Positions 13,060-25,759 of a stretch of 64,000 nt of DNA are shown here, one piece after another (within the stretch, counting starts at the first letter, position 1; each line of letters begins with the position of its first letter). Source of the DNA: Eledone cirrhosa (Eukaryota); contig OZ024744.1 of assembly GCA_964016885.1 (NCBI GenBank), forward strand, positions 45,322,001 to 45,386,000, written 5' to 3'. Position numbers and translations under genes: made by a program. The notes under the pieces were generated by a model that saw nothing but the letters and a program-made list of their open reading frames with translations, was not told the DNA's origin and searched no databases.

Positions 13060-14735
13060 GTATACCAAGCAAGCTTTAGGCGAGATCACGTCATAGAAAC
13101 GTGTCTCTGACGAGCACCCATAACTGACCTTCTAGCTCATCTCCCGTACGGAAGACCCAGTATACACATGTTCGTTGACAAGGTTACTTCCGCTACGGGT
13201 GTCCAACATGGAGACACACTCAGCCCGTCTCTTTTTGCACTGGCAGTTGACCACGTCACACGCTGTCCGGCGTCCTTCAACTTTTGGTTATGAAAAACTC
13301 GACAATGATTGGCTCGGCTGAGACGATAGTTGAAGATCTTCGGCTAATCAGCCTAGCTCCTCGAGATCATCCCACCCATATCCGAGGTGATTAATATTAG
13401 CCACCTGGGAGGCGGAATTCCATGACATCGTACTCAGTATCAATTCCGTCTTGTCCGGTGCTCTCCTAACGCCCAAAGATGCCGCCTGCATTCTCGGCTC
13501 TCCAATTCTCTCGAAATCCATAAGAGAGTGCCTGGAGATCAAGCATGCAAACCTGTGCCTCATCGACCTTACCTTATTGAGAAACTGCTTCGCCCTTCCA
13601 AAATGTCAGTTGACGCTGCGTGGTGCACATTGTTACCCACACACAGATTACCTCGGGGAACTCGATGCTACCATCCGACGCTGTGCAAAACTCATCTGCA
13701 ATGTCAGTTTCGACAACACCAGGTGGGAACAAGTGAAGCTTCCAGCGAGCTTCGGTGGCCTCGACTTCCGATCCGCTTCGGATTTGGCACTGCTGGCCTA
13801 CCTCTCGTCAATCTCCTCTAGTCACATCCTCGTCAGCGAAGTTCTCAGCAAGACAGCCAAATCTGACGTGACCACATAACCAGAGCAGGCCGCGAACGAC
13901 TGAACAGGCGAAGGGCTCTTTGTTTCCCAGTATACAAAGTTCCAAAGTAACTGGGTCGGAATCAAGTGCAGATCTTCCTTCAGCCGGAACGAGTCTGTCT
14001 TCGATCAACACTGCCCCGCTTGCCTCCGATCACTTTCGCAGCCAAACAGCGATACATGGCTCAATTATGTGCTCTCCTCATCAACCAGTACCCTTCTGGA
14101 TGACGAGTGCATACACATCGGTGTGACCCAACGTCTCGGCCGCCACGTGTGGGATTCACATAAATAGTTGTGGGGGCTGTCGTTGGCGAGGGTGGGCTGC
14201 ATCCACTGTCATGCCGCTAGAACGCAGGTCGGTTCTCCCGACATGCCGATCTCAATGACATACTGAGAACGACCCTGGACTCAGCTTCTTTCCCATCACA
14301 ACTGGGGCCAGCAAGCCTCGACCGTGGAGACGGCAAGCGCCCCGACGGAATTACCCTCTTTTCATTCGAAAGAGGTAAATCCCTAATCTAAGACGCTAAA
14401 TGCTGTAATACGTTCGCCGCCACAAACCCCTGTATTTCAGTCCACATTGCAGAGGATAGGAAGACAAGTAAATACCAGGGCTTGTCCGGCCGCTTCCTCT
14501 TTGCACCGGTCACCGTCAAGAACCCCGCCAAGTGGGGTGGCTGTTGCGGCGCTGTTGCTGGCCATTGTCCGCGGAAATGTATTTCCAGTATTGTCCGTGG
14601 TGTGTAGCCCCAACAAAACCTGGCCCCAGACATAAAGCCTATCCCTCTCCCTCTCTTCTGCGACCTCATAATCTTAGTTTTACCCTCCGTTTCCTCTCAT
14701 TTATAGTATTTATAGCCCTTTGTCCTACTTTGATG
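13060..14735 (+). mobile_element. CRE-clade non-LTR retrotransposon, 5'-truncated and decayed
   Basis: RT motif TSATGVQHGDTLSPSLFALAV near 13186-13250; LLRNCFALPK...LPASFGGL; endonuclease region [10 protein letters not shown]...DGKRPDG; C-terminal LAIVRGN. Confidence 0.85.
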
Positions 14736-14913
14736 GGTTTTTTTATGATTCTGGTAGTGGTGGTGGTGCTGGTGGTTGTGGTATTGTTGTTGTTGTTGGT
14801 GGTGTTGTAATTGTTATTAGTGGTGGTTTTACTGTTGTTGTTATTGTTGACGCTAGTGCTGGTTATGTTTAGCTGCAAGTCAACTAAGAACGAGAGTAGC
14901 TTAAAAGGTGTCC

Positions 14914-15476
14914 TAACTGAACATAAAGTGTGTCCCTCACTCGAAAAAGCAGTGGATTCGACTGCTATTTCTAGCAAGTCGACCATCTCATTCACTAGAC
15001 TAAGAAACATTTCAATATTACACTAGAACGCCCAGATATTTAAAGTGAAACGGAGTTAGTTGTTGTTGTTGTTGAAAATAAACAGGACAGAATGGTTAAT
15101 TTGGGTTAGATATAAAATTTACTTCACTTCAGTTAGAAAAGGAAAAAGGAATATGATTATTTCTAATCATAAAAGTACAAAGTTGTATGTAAACATTCGT
15201 AAATGAATACCGCGTTTTTGAAGTTTTATTGAAGATACTTTGTTTTATGTTTTATGCTGAAATAGAAGGTGACAGGTGTCCGTCATTACTATCACCATAG
15301 AAGTTAAAAGCCAAGTGACCAGGGAAGGTGTCGTCTCTTTTGTAACAGAAAATTCTCTCTGTTCCATGACAGCCTATTTACTCTTTGATCAAACATCGAT
15401 GACCTCCTGCTGCGTTCTCTTTCATAGGAATGGCCATGTCAGTGAGAGGAAACGCTGGAACATTTCATTCGCTACA
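14914..15476 (-). repeat. Solo LTR (Gypsy 2 family), left arm of inverted duplication
   Basis: Reverse complement of 20468-21036. On - it starts TGTAGCGAATGAAATGTTCCAGCG. Confidence 0.8.
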
Positions 15477-15491
15477 CACCATCATTAATTC

Positions 15492-15670
15492 GTGGATTGG
15501 CAGTATCGGTAGAGGGTCGGACGCCATGCTTTCCAGCATAGTTACGTCCCTTTACCATCTGAGTTCAAATCCCGCCGAGGTTGACTTTGCATTTCATCCT
15601 TACGGGGTCGATAAAATAAAGTACCAGTAATGCACTGGTAATTGCTGGCCTTGTGCCTAAAGTAGAAACA
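15492..15670 (+). mobile_element. tRNA-derived SINE with TSD ATTAATTC
   Basis: Family match. TSD at 15484-15491 and 15671-15678. Absent from the paralogous arm at ~20455. Confidence 0.9.
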
Positions 15671-15751
15671 ATTAATTCAAGGGAATTAATTTGAAAAAAT
15701 ATAGGGGAAAGAACTTCCATTTGACATTACTTTCTCTGACTACAGTTTAAA

Positions 15752-16300
15752 GCAGCGGTGGCCAACTGGTGGTCCGATAGAAAATGTTGGTGGTCCGCAG
15801 AAAGATTTGGACATTATTTGCAATTTCTATGTCTTATTTATAATGGTTTCTTATATAGGCACAAGGCCAGCAATTTTGGGGGAGGAGAAAGTCGATTAAA
15901 TCGACACTAGTGCGTGATTAGTACTTTATTTTATCGACCCCGTAAAGATGAAAGGCAAAGGTAACCTCGGCGGGATTTGAACTCAGATTATAAAGGGCCG
16001 TAACTCTAAGCTGCAAACCATGGCTTCCGACCCTCTACCTATACTGCCAATCCACTGCCCCATGTCTTATTAATAATAAAACAGAATTAATATTAGGTTA
16101 AAATATATTTTATCGCTCCCCTCCCCTAAGTTTCTCCTCAGTAAAGAACTAACATCCATGAATTTTACATATATGTGTCATCTATCGACAATATGATGCA
16201 TGTATGCTTCAGTATTGTTTCTACCATTACAACAGTCATCCGGCTCCGCAAATACCGATTCTCATCCGATTGTTTTATTTTATTTGGCTTTGATAGCTTT
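15752..16300 (+). mobile_element. One end of a hAT (Charlie/Buster-like) element, interrupted by a SINE; right boundary uncertain
   Basis: Begins CAGCGGTGGCCAAC...GTGGTCCG, a typical hAT TIR start. Preceded by GTTTAAAG, an 8-mer with central TA. Confidence 0.5.
15841..16060 (-). mobile_element. Full-length tRNA-derived SINE
   Basis: Reverse-complement family match starting GGGCAGTGGATTGGCAG. Flanked by the repeat ATGTCTTATT. Confidence 0.9.
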
Positions 16301-16479
16301 GTTTGTTCTTAGATTCCAATGAAATAAACCCATAATGAGTGAGAAAAGCAAGCGACTATATTGCATTTCTTTAGTAATACCAAAGTAACTATTGATAATA
16401 ATAACACTAGTAATACTTCACTTAACCGTGAGTTGATCAATGAATCAGAGCCTCTACAGTCCACGTCAGGCAACAAGAG

Positions 16480-19400
16480 GAAGAACATTCTAACTAGAGG
16501 AGGATTTGGTTCAGATATATCGAGGTCCAATTTCAAACACATAATGTTTCGGTAGACAGGACCAAAATTTCTCCTTTTGTTTGGCCACTTCCCCTTGAAA
16601 TCCTGCAGAAGATCCAGGATTTGCTTACAGCCCCACCAGGTACATACTCATATGCCACCTTAAGGTCCAAACTTGTAAAGCGGACATCCGTCTCTCAGAA
16701 GCACCAGATTAACCAGCTTCTTTATTCGAGGGCGTTAAGTGATAGGAAACCGTTACAGTTCTTAAGACAGTTAAAACAACTGTTGGGAGAGAACACCATG
16801 GAGTCGGCCATCTTGAAACAACTTTTCCTACAAAGGCTGCTGCCTGCAACTCGCGGCATTTTGGCGGACAGTAAAGCATCCATCCAAATCGAGGTGCTAG
16901 CAGATTCAGCTGATAGAATAATGGAGGTAGCAGCACCACGGTCATTTGTGGCCTAAGAGAGACACACACATCCACTAATAAGTTCATTTTCTTCCTCGTT
17001 TTTTCCTTCTTCTCCTTCCTCGTCTTCTGTCTCGGAGATGAGACAAGAGGCACAATTGAACGCACTTATGGCTAAACTGCAGTTACAGCCTCGCAGCAAC
17101 GCCAGCTCATCTCGGCACGATTTACATCAGCGCCCGGGAGACCCGAGCGACCTATCCCTTATGCTATTAACACAGTAAATTCGGTGAAAGGGGCCGTAAA
17201 TACCTATTGCCCTGTTCTTTTAGAAGGGATTCCCGTCATGTTCCGGGTAACGACGTGGCCAGGTACAAACGATGGCAACTATACCTGGCTCTTCCAAATC
17301 TAGCCTCTTGTTCCACATTAGCGACCGATCTACCGGTTTCTGGTGGACACCAGGGTGGAGGTTAGAGTCATACCATCTGCCCTGGTGCCAGGCAGTAGGG
17401 AACCCACAGCAATGCTTCTCAAGGCGCTGAACCACTCTGCTATACCCACATGCGGAGAAAAGTCCTTAACCCTGGATCTTGGGCTCCGCCGAATTTTCCA
17501 GTTGGTTTTTGTCATCGCCAAGTTGTCGACTCCGATGCTAGAAGCGGATTTTCTACTCCATTTTGGCCTCCTGGTGGACGTTAAACACAACAGACTGATT
17601 AATTCCACCACTGGTCTGAATGATCGCGGTATCAGCACAACGGCAGCCTCCCTCAACCTTGTTTTTTTTAAACCAGGCAGTCTGGCAGATACGACGCTAT
17701 TCTGAGCAGGCATCCTGACATCTCAAACCCTATTTTTAACAGTCGGCCGGTGACCCACAGTGTTACGCATCATATCGTGACCGAGGGCCCTCCGGATTCT
17801 GCTAAACCATGGTAACTCGTTCCTGAGCATGCTAAGATCGCTAAAGCAGAGTTCGATCATGTGTTGGAACTGGGCATTGATCGTCTATCCAGTAGCAGCT
17901 GGTCTTCCCCACTTTACATGGTTCCCAGAAATCTGTAAGTGATTGGCGACCGTGTGGAGACTATCGGTTTTTTAGCACACGCAGAAAACACAATAAGTAC
18001 CCGGTACCTCACTGAATCTCTCTGTTACCCTACATGGTGCTAGGATCATTTCAATAATTGACCTCGTGTGGGCGTACAACCAGATTCCTGTTGAACCGGA
18101 AGACATACTTAAAACGGCCATTACAACTCCTTTCGCCCTATTCGAGTTTCTTAGACTGCCATTCGGTTTACGTAATGTTGCATCAACCTTCCAGCGTTTC
18201 ATCGACACAGTAGTACGTGGTTTACCCTACGTCTACTCGTATATTGATGATATGCTGATAGCCAGCACATCCCGTGAGGAACACGAAAGGAACCTACAAT
18301 TGCTTTTCGAGCATTTTTCTTAGTTTGATGTCATCAGCAACCCCAGAAAATGCCTTTTTAGTGTTTCTTCCCTTGATTTTCTGGGACACCACATCGATGA
18401 ACAAGGAATCCGCCCCCCACCACGATAAAATTAAGTCCATTTTAGATTTTCCCACTCCAACGTACCCGAGGAAAGTACGTGAGCTCCTCGGCCTCATAAA
18501 CTTTTACTGCCCATTCATACTTCGTTGTGCAGAGTTTCTCCAGCTGCTAACAGACATCCTAAGGCAGTGCAATCGGAAGAACCAGCTTATCACTTTCGAT
18601 GATGCACAAGCAGCTGCTTTTCTTAAAATGAAGAGGGTCTTGACAGAGTCCACAATGTTGGTTTATCTCAAACCTGACGCACCGCTTTGTCTGTTCGTCG
18701 ATATATTGGATGTCGGGGTCGGTGGCGTCCTCCAACAATGTTTAGACAATGCATGGCAACCAATTTCATTCTTCTCTAGGCGACTCAAACCTGCTGAAAC
18801 AAAGTATAGCACATTCGGTCGGGAATGTTTGGCAGCGTACCTCAGTGTGAGACATTTCCGGCACATGTTAGAAGGTTCTGTGTTTTCTATTTACATGGAC
18901 TATAAACCTCTCACGTACGCTTTATATTCCAAGCCTGACCACCACTCACCTAGAGAAGTGTGTCAAATGGATTTTATATCCCAATATACTACAGATATTC
19001 GCCATATAGACAACTCTGCAGCCGATGCCCTTTCTCGCTAACTCTTGGGTGCACTGCACACCTCTTTTTCCATCAGTCTCCGATATATTGCCAACAGGCG
19101 GATGGGGAGCTCCTGAAACTCCGAAATTCTTCATCTTCTTCCTTGTCTTTCAAACTCCCCCCTCTACTTTTTTCTCCTGGTGGTATTTAGTGTGATGTGT
19201 CTACGGGTCACGCGCGCCCTTAAGTACCTTTAAAGCATCAACGTTCGGTTTTTTTCTGCGCTGCACAACCTATCGAATGGGTCAGACGTTGCGTCCAGTG
19301 TCAAAAGGCAAACATTCACCACGATGTCAGGACTCTTCTCGGAACCTTCGCAACACCAGATACGCGTTTCCAACATATTAACATCGTCGGACCACTGCCT

Positions 19401-20370
19401 CCTGTTAGGGGTTGCACTCAGCTTTTGACCTGTGCGGATAGATTCTCCCGGTGGCCTGAGGTCATTCCCCTTTCCGACACTACAGCTGAATCTATTGCCA
19501 AGGCACTAGCACAGCATTGGATTTCGCGTTATGGCACACCTTCTACCAACACAATGGACAGAAGCGGCCAGTTCGAACCGAACCTTTTTAACAAATTGAC
19601 ACGCCTCCTAGGTTGTAGCCGAATAAATACAACAGCTTATCACCCTACAGCTAACGGTATGGTGGAACGTTTCCATCGGCAATTAAAATCTTCTCTCAGA
19701 GCATATGTCAACAACAACAACTTGTTAGACATTTTACCCCTTATCACTCTTGGAATTCGCTCCACTGTAAAAGAGGGACTCGGTTTTATGCCAGCTGCGC
19801 TGGTTTATGGCACGATATTGGTATTACCCGTCTCAACACCCCGTAGATCCAATGAAGTATATCTATCACCCGTGGACCCACATGGCAAACCTGCCATTTG
19901 TTGCCCCTCGGCCTCAAAGTAACACTATTCAAATTCCATCTGACATACAGCAATGGACAGACGTTTTTGTCAGAAAGGACGCTATCAGAGCTCCTTTGCA
20001 ACCAGGGCCCTACCAGGTACTCAAAAAGACACCCAAGCATTTTATCTTGGACACTGTCAGTGTCTACCGGCTAAAAAAAGCTCGTGTGGATTTCAATGGA
20101 CCCTAACTGTTAGACCAAGTTAACCTAACATCAACGCTCCCACCCACCGGCAATCCTAACTCTGTGCCAACAACATGAACGAGATCCGGTCGACATGTGT
20201 ACTGGCCATCTTCCTATGCCCAATATGTCGAGTAACAGTATCCTCTCTCTCTATTTACAAGGTAAGTAGGTGACAGTTTTTGGTCCGAGGTTATTGGTTC
20301 TCTATTTCACTACCGTTTCGATCTGGGCGGGGAACTAATATGGCGAAAAAATGTTCCAGCGTTTCTTCTG
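16480..20370 (+). mobile_element. Gypsy element 2 internal region (gag-PR-RT-RH-IN), heavily decayed, no 5' LTR, 3' LTR cut after ~30 bp
   Basis: gag ILKQLFLQRLL; PR FLVDTRVEV; [20 protein letters not shown]; RH YSTFGRE..NSAADALSR; IN ANGMVERFHRQLK. PPT GGGCGGGGAAC at ~20325. Confidence 0.9.
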
Positions 20371-20467
20371 TAATCCAGGTTTAAACCGTAGTCAGAGAAC
20401 GTAATGTCAAATAGAAGTTATTTCCCCTACATTTTTTCAAATTAATTCCCTTGAATTGACGATGGTG

Positions 20468-21036
20468 TGTAGCGAATGAAATGTTCCAGCGTTTCCTCTC
20501 ACTGACATGGCCATTCCTATGAAAGAGAACGCAGCGGGAGGTCATCGACCTTTGAGCAAAAATAACCAGCGTTCGATAACTAGGCTGTCATGGAACGAGG
20601 ACAGAGAGAGAATTTTCTGTTACAAAAGAGACGACACCTTCCCTGGTCACTTGGCTTTTAACTTCCTAGATGATAGTAATGACGGACGATAGCCTGCCAC
20701 CTTCTACTTCAGCATAACACATAAAACAAAGTATCTTCAACAAAACTTCAGCAACACGGTATTCATTTACGACTGTTTACGTACTTTTATGATTAGTAGT
20801 AATCATATTCCTTTTCTAACTGAAGTGAAGTACATTTTATATCTAACCGACATTAACTATTCTGTCCTGTTTATTTTCAACAACAACTACTAACCTAGTT
20901 TCACTTTAAATATCTGGGTGTTCTGTTTTAATATTGAAATCTGTCTCAGTCAGTGAATGAGATGGTCCACTTGCTAGAAATAGCAGCCGAATCCACTGCT
21001 TTTTCGGGTGGGGGACACACTTTATGTTCAGTGTTA
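20468..21036 (+). repeat. Solo LTR (Gypsy 2 family), right arm of inverted duplication
   Basis: Its start matches the LTR stub after the PPT at 20339. Ends TGTTA. No clean TSD seen. Confidence 0.8.
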
Positions 21037-21480
21037 GGACACCTTTTAAGCTACTCTCGTTCTTAGTTGACTTGCAGCTAAACAACCAGCACTAGCATCA
21101 ACAATAATAACAACAGTAAAACCACCACTAATAACAACTACAACATTACCACCACCACCACCACTACTACTACTACTACCACCACCACCACCACCACCAC
21201 CACTACCACCACCACCACCACAGTGGCTGATTTAAGGAATAGGGCCCAGTCGGCATTGGTCAGTAAGGAGGCCCCAGAGTGAAAATTAAAGTACCTTCTT
21301 TTCGAGCGAGTATTGAAAAAGTTGTTTTTTTTATTTCCCATTTAGCTACCAATAATCATTAAGAAGACAATTAAATTACAAGTACACTTTATTTGAAACA
21401 AACAAACAGATGTGCTGTACTGTAAACAAATAATAAAGTAATAAAGTTGTATATATGTTAGTCTTTTACACAAATTGCTT

Positions 21481-24132
21481 TTACATGCGCAGACCTCTGC
21501 GAGCTTTAACAGTTGAAAAATGAGTTATAGCGTGGTCCAAGTTTACTGATTTAGTAATTTTGTTTTCAATTGCCAGCAGGGCAAAACTGGATAGCCTCTC
21601 CTGGCCCATCGTTGAACGAAGATAATTTTTAATTCTTCGTAGAACACTGAAAGAGCGTTCCGCACTTGCTATGCTAATTGGTAAAGTGAGAAATAGCCTT
21701 ACCAGAATTTCAAACTCGGGAAAGACATCACACAAGTCATTGTTCGGTAAAAATTTCAGATATGGCATAACCCCACTTTGTTTTAAAGATGCGTTTGGCT
21801 GTGAAAAGTAGAGGCCAATGAAAGAAAAGAGTTCATTTCTGAGTTCCAGTGTGAATTCGTTTGAAAAGTTATCTACCAATGTTGCTACATGTGTTTTTAG
21901 TTCATCATCTGAGCATTTAGCCAGTCGATTTGGACTCAAAAATCCAAAGATTGAAGATATTTTGTTTATTCCTTCAGTTCGGGCTCTCATCTCCCCAATC
22001 ATACTATCCAGTGATTGAAAATAAATTGCAGTGCGATATCTATCTGAAGCAGTAGCTAGTCTTTCAACACCACAAACTTCACCATCCATAATCTTTCTTC
22101 TCCTTACTCGCGTTATTTTAAAATCAGCTTCAGATGCATCAAATCCCACGCCATTCCAGGCTTTCTTTTCCTGATCCACAAATTGTTCAAATTTGTGATC
22201 GCATCTGAGTTCTTCTAATTTATCTGTTGAACGTTCAAAGCACTCAGTCACAAGGAATAAATCAATTGTCTTAGCCTGTAAAAGACGATTAGCTGAATTC
22301 ATATTTTCTAACACTTTGTTCCACCAAAGTAGAGATAGGAAAAAAGTCCAGTCCATTTTCCCTTGCAAATCAGTTGCCTGTTTTACTTCATTTGAGTCAT
22401 GATTTTCTTCTATCAAATCTGCCAGACATTCACTGACATTGTGAAAGTTTCCCAGGAGAGCAGAAACTGCATTATGTCTGGCTGACCACCTTGTCTGAGA
22501 GAGTGATTTCAAGGTTCCGGATCTTGATGAGCCACATATATGCTCATCTTCAACTTCTTCGTCAATTGGATTAGAAATAACCTTCTCAACAGCTTCTAAA
22601 AGATTCTTCTCCTGACTTTTTGCCATATCAAGAAGTTGACTCCAGCGTCTATTTGAATTAACAAAGAAAGCATAGATAGATTGAATGTTATCAAAGAAGC
22701 ATTTAATTTCAACAAGAGGTGGAGGAGTACCACTTTGAGCTGCATGTTCAAGAACTAGATTGAGTTGGTGGGGAGGACAGTGAACATATGGAACAAAAGT
22801 ATTTCCGTCCAGTGCCATATTCTTTTTTAGTAAAGCTTGAACACCACCTAATGCCCCACTCATCACAGATGCTCCATCATATGCCTGTCCTTTAAGATGT
22901 TTGCGCTGCAAGCCAAGTTCTTCAAACAATGCCTTTTCAATGACACTGGTAATACCAATTGCACTAGCATCAAGGACATGATAATATCCAACAAAGTGTT
23001 CTACAATTTCCACTGACTTTTCAAGTCTGTCAATTTTTATAAATCTCAATAGCACCGCCATTTGGTCCTGATGACTTATATCAGTTGTAGAATCAGCAAT
23101 CACAGTGAACAATTTGGCTTCCTTGCAAAGATCAACAATTTTGTCAAGTGTCATTTTTGAAAGAATCTGGACTTGTTCCTCAAAGATAGTTTTGCTCAGA
23201 TATTTGAGTTGTCCCTTGTCCTCAAAATGTTGTTTAAGAATAGGATCGATTGTGCTTATGTGCCTTAATATTGATAAGTACACACCTGGATTATCAGCAT
23301 CCAAGGATTCTCTATGACCTCTTAGTGGCAATCCTAGACATGTAAGTTCTCGTAAAAGTCCGAACTGATGATTAAGAACATATTTCCATTTTTGAACTTC
23401 TGCATCCATTTGTTTTTTCACTGAAACTCCAATGGACATATTCTTAGCGAACTGTTTATAGGCATATACTGCTCTGTGATGAATTTTTGATTGAGAGTGT
23501 TTTTCAATGCTTTTGGAAATGTGCTTCCAATCATTCATACTCTTTGACCATGGCGAGTTTTTGGCCTCTTCATCACCAAATAACCAGCAATGATGGCAGT
23601 AACAATAATTACCTTTGTATGAATAAGCTAGCCAGTATCTGTGTACTCGTTCTTCGAGGGGGTTTTTAAAATTATAGTAACTGCTCTTGAATTTTCTAGA
23701 ATGGATAATGGGATAGTCTCCTGTAGGCATATCATTTTCCAAAGGTTGATAAGCACCCCTTTCAACTAAAATGTTCAAGTAATCTTTCACTTTATTCTTT
23801 CCTGTGTCAAATCGTGCTTTGTCATTTAAAAATGGCATTGAAGCCTGACTAATTTCAGAAAGTTCATTTTCAACTTCAGAAAGAATTATATTTTCTACAG
23901 CAGGTTCAGTCACTTGAGAAGGAAGCACAGGTTCAGCCACTTCAGGAATAGTTTCAGCTTCACCTGTAGATATTGTAGGAATATTTTCTTCTGCAACATC
24001 CTCAATATCTGCACTATGGGGCGCAGAAAAAGTCAATAATCTTTGATTTTTTGCTTTGCCTGCTGATTCCAAATCCTTTTTTCTTTTGAGTGCACGCTTC
24101 TCAGCACCTGATGAAAACTTCTTCTTATTCAT
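21481..24132 (-). CDS. hAT transposase, 883 aa (Tip100/ZMYM1-like: TTF-type zinc finger, DUF4371, C-terminal dimerisation domain)
   Basis: Uninterrupted ORF. WLAYS..CYCHHCWLF...HSQSKIH, LPLRGH, ADSTTD, YDGASVMSG, HCPPHQLNL, TRWSAR, SAERSFSVLRRIKNYLRSTMGQERLS. Confidence 0.95.
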   Translation of the reverse strand: MNKKKFSSGAEKRALKRKKDLESAGKAKNQRLLTFSAPHSADIEDVAEENIPTISTGEAETIPEVAEPVLPSQVTEPAVENIILSEVENELSEISQASMPFLNDKARFDTGKNKVKDYLNILVERGAYQPLENDMPTGDYPIIHSRKFKSSYYNFKNPLEERVHRYWLAYSYKGNYCYCHHCWLFGDEEAKNSPWSKSMNDWKHISKSIEKHSQSKIHHRAVYAYKQFAKNMSIGVSVKKQMDAEVQKWKYVLNHQFGLLRELTCLGLPLRGHRESLDADNPGVYLSILRHISTIDPILKQHFEDKGQLKYLSKTIFEEQVQILSKMTLDKIVDLCKEAKLFTVIADSTTDISHQDQMAVLLRFIKIDRLEKSVEIVEHFVGYYHVLDASAIGITSVIEKALFEELGLQRKHLKGQAYDGASVMSGALGGVQALLKKNMALDGNTFVPYVHCPPHQLNLVLEHAAQSGTPPPLVEIKCFFDNIQSIYAFFVNSNRRWSQLLDMAKSQEKNLLEAVEKVISNPIDEEVEDEHICGSSRSGTLKSLSQTRWSARHNAVSALLGNFHNVSECLADLIEENHDSNEVKQATDLQGKMDWTFFLSLLWWNKVLENMNSANRLLQAKTIDLFLVTECFERSTDKLEELRCDHKFEQFVDQEKKAWNGVGFDASEADFKITRVRRRKIMDGEVCGVERLATASDRYRTAIYFQSLDSMIGEMRARTEGINKISSIFGFLSPNRLAKCSDDELKTHVATLVDNFSNEFTLELRNELFSFIGLYFSQPNASLKQSGVMPYLKFLPNNDLCDVFPEFEILVRLFLTLPISIASAERSFSVLRRIKNYLRSTMGQERLSSFALLAIENKITKSVNLDHAITHFSTVKARRGLRM

Positions 24133-24262
24133 TGTGAGTCAGTCTACAAACAAAATATAAACTAGGTATAGGAAATAATAAAAGGAACTTACCAATTATT
24201 TGTTGCTTACACAATTTTAATGCTTTAATATTTTTAAACTGTGGCCCAATAAAACAAATTAC

Positions 24263-25593
24263 GGCGATATCCAAAAATACCTCCCCCATGCCTAGGGCTA
24301 AATAACTTCGCTGTTCGCTGCTGATATGAGGCTAAATAACTTCGCTGCTGAAATGAGGCTATTCCAACAAATTTACATTCCCTTTTTTTTTAGCCGTTAA
24401 AAGAAATATAGATTTATTTATTTATTTGAAACGTTTTTGTTAGTTTCTTTGTTTTGTTTTTTTGGCGATATTTTTGTTAGTTTCTTGGGGTTTTTTTTAG
24501 TTTCTTTTTTTTTTGGCGTTTTTGCCAGGTTTTTTTTTATAGATTTATTTATTTATTTTTAACGTTTTTGTTAGTTTTTGTTTTGTTTTTATGTCACAAA
24601 CATTGCTCTCCGACGCTCTACCGATAATAGTAAGTATTAGTGGTTGTAATAAAAATGCAATCAAAACGTAATAAATACCTTCACTGATTTCTTTCCTTAT
24701 ATTATCAACAGAAGTTGGTATGTCACCCAAAGTTTCTAATTCCTTCTCCACAGTAAGACAAATATCCATGTGTAGATGAAGAGGATAAGTATGAAAGAAC
24801 AGTCATTGGTAAAGTGTTCTATGAATGTTTTCGAACGAATGAAGAATTTCAGTTTAAAATCAATTTCACTTTAACTTGTTTGGGTATTTTCCATGAATTG
24901 GCATAACTAGCTCCCTGCTAAAGGTGAAATAACATAGTTCTGTTATCTTATAATTGATTTGTATATAAGTTAAAGTGAAATTGATTTTAAACTGAAATTA
25001 TTCATTCGTTCGAAAACATTCATAGAACACTTTACCAATGACTGTTCTTTCATACTTATCCTCTTCAACTACACATGGATATTTGTCTTACTGTGGAGAA
25101 GGAATTAGAAACTTTGGGTGACATACCAACTTCTGTTGATAATATAAGGAAAGAAATCAGTGAAGTATTTATTACATTTTGATTGCATTTTTATTACAAC
25201 CACTAATACTTACTATTATCGGTAGAGCGTCGGAGAGCAATGTTTGTGACATAAAAACAAAACAAAAACTAACAAAAACGTTAAAAATAAATAAATAAAT
25301 CTATAAAAAAAAAACTGGCAAAAAACGCCAAAAAAAAAAGAAACTAAAAAAAAAACAAGAAACTAACAAAAATATCGACAAAAAAACAAAACAATGAAAC
25401 CAACAAAAACGTTTCAAATAAATAAATAAATCTATATTTCTTTTAACGGCTAAAAAAAAGGGAATGTAAATTTGTTGGAATAGCCTCATTTCAGCAGCCA
25501 GCAGCCAGCAGCGAAGTTATTTAGCCTCATATCAGCAGCGAACAGCGAAGTTATTTAGCCCTAGGCATGGGGGAGGTATTTTTGGATATCGCC
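24263..25593. mobile_element. Non-autonomous foldback DNA transposon, Merlin-like
   Basis: Inverted arms 24263-24877 and 24967-25593 with an 89-bp loop. Termini GGCGATATCC...GGATATCGCC. 8-bp TSD CAAATTAC at 24255-24262 and 25594-25601. Confidence 0.85.
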
Positions 25594-25759
25594 CAAATTA
25601 CAATTTTTTTTTTTTTTGCAAGCGCCCAGTCGGCAGGGGCCCAGTCGGCATTTGCGACCTTCGCCACCTGTTAAATCCGCCACTGCACCACCACCACCAC
25701 AAACAACATCAACAACACTGACACAACAACACCACAAACAACAACAAAATAAAGAAATT

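Larger units (their letters stand above)
21221..25685 (-). mobile_element. hAT DNA transposon with intact transposase
   Basis: TIRs CAGTGGCTGATTTAA / TTAAATCCGCCACTG (15 bp, 1 mismatch). 8-bp TSD CACCACCA inside a (CAC)n tract. Subterminal GGGCCCAGTCGGCA at both ends. Confidence 0.95.

Noticed and set aside
14914-21036. DIRS-like element with inverted LTRs around Gypsy 2
   Set aside because: The inverted similarity extends well beyond the LTRs on both sides, and the internal region encodes a DDE integrase rather than a tyrosine recombinase.
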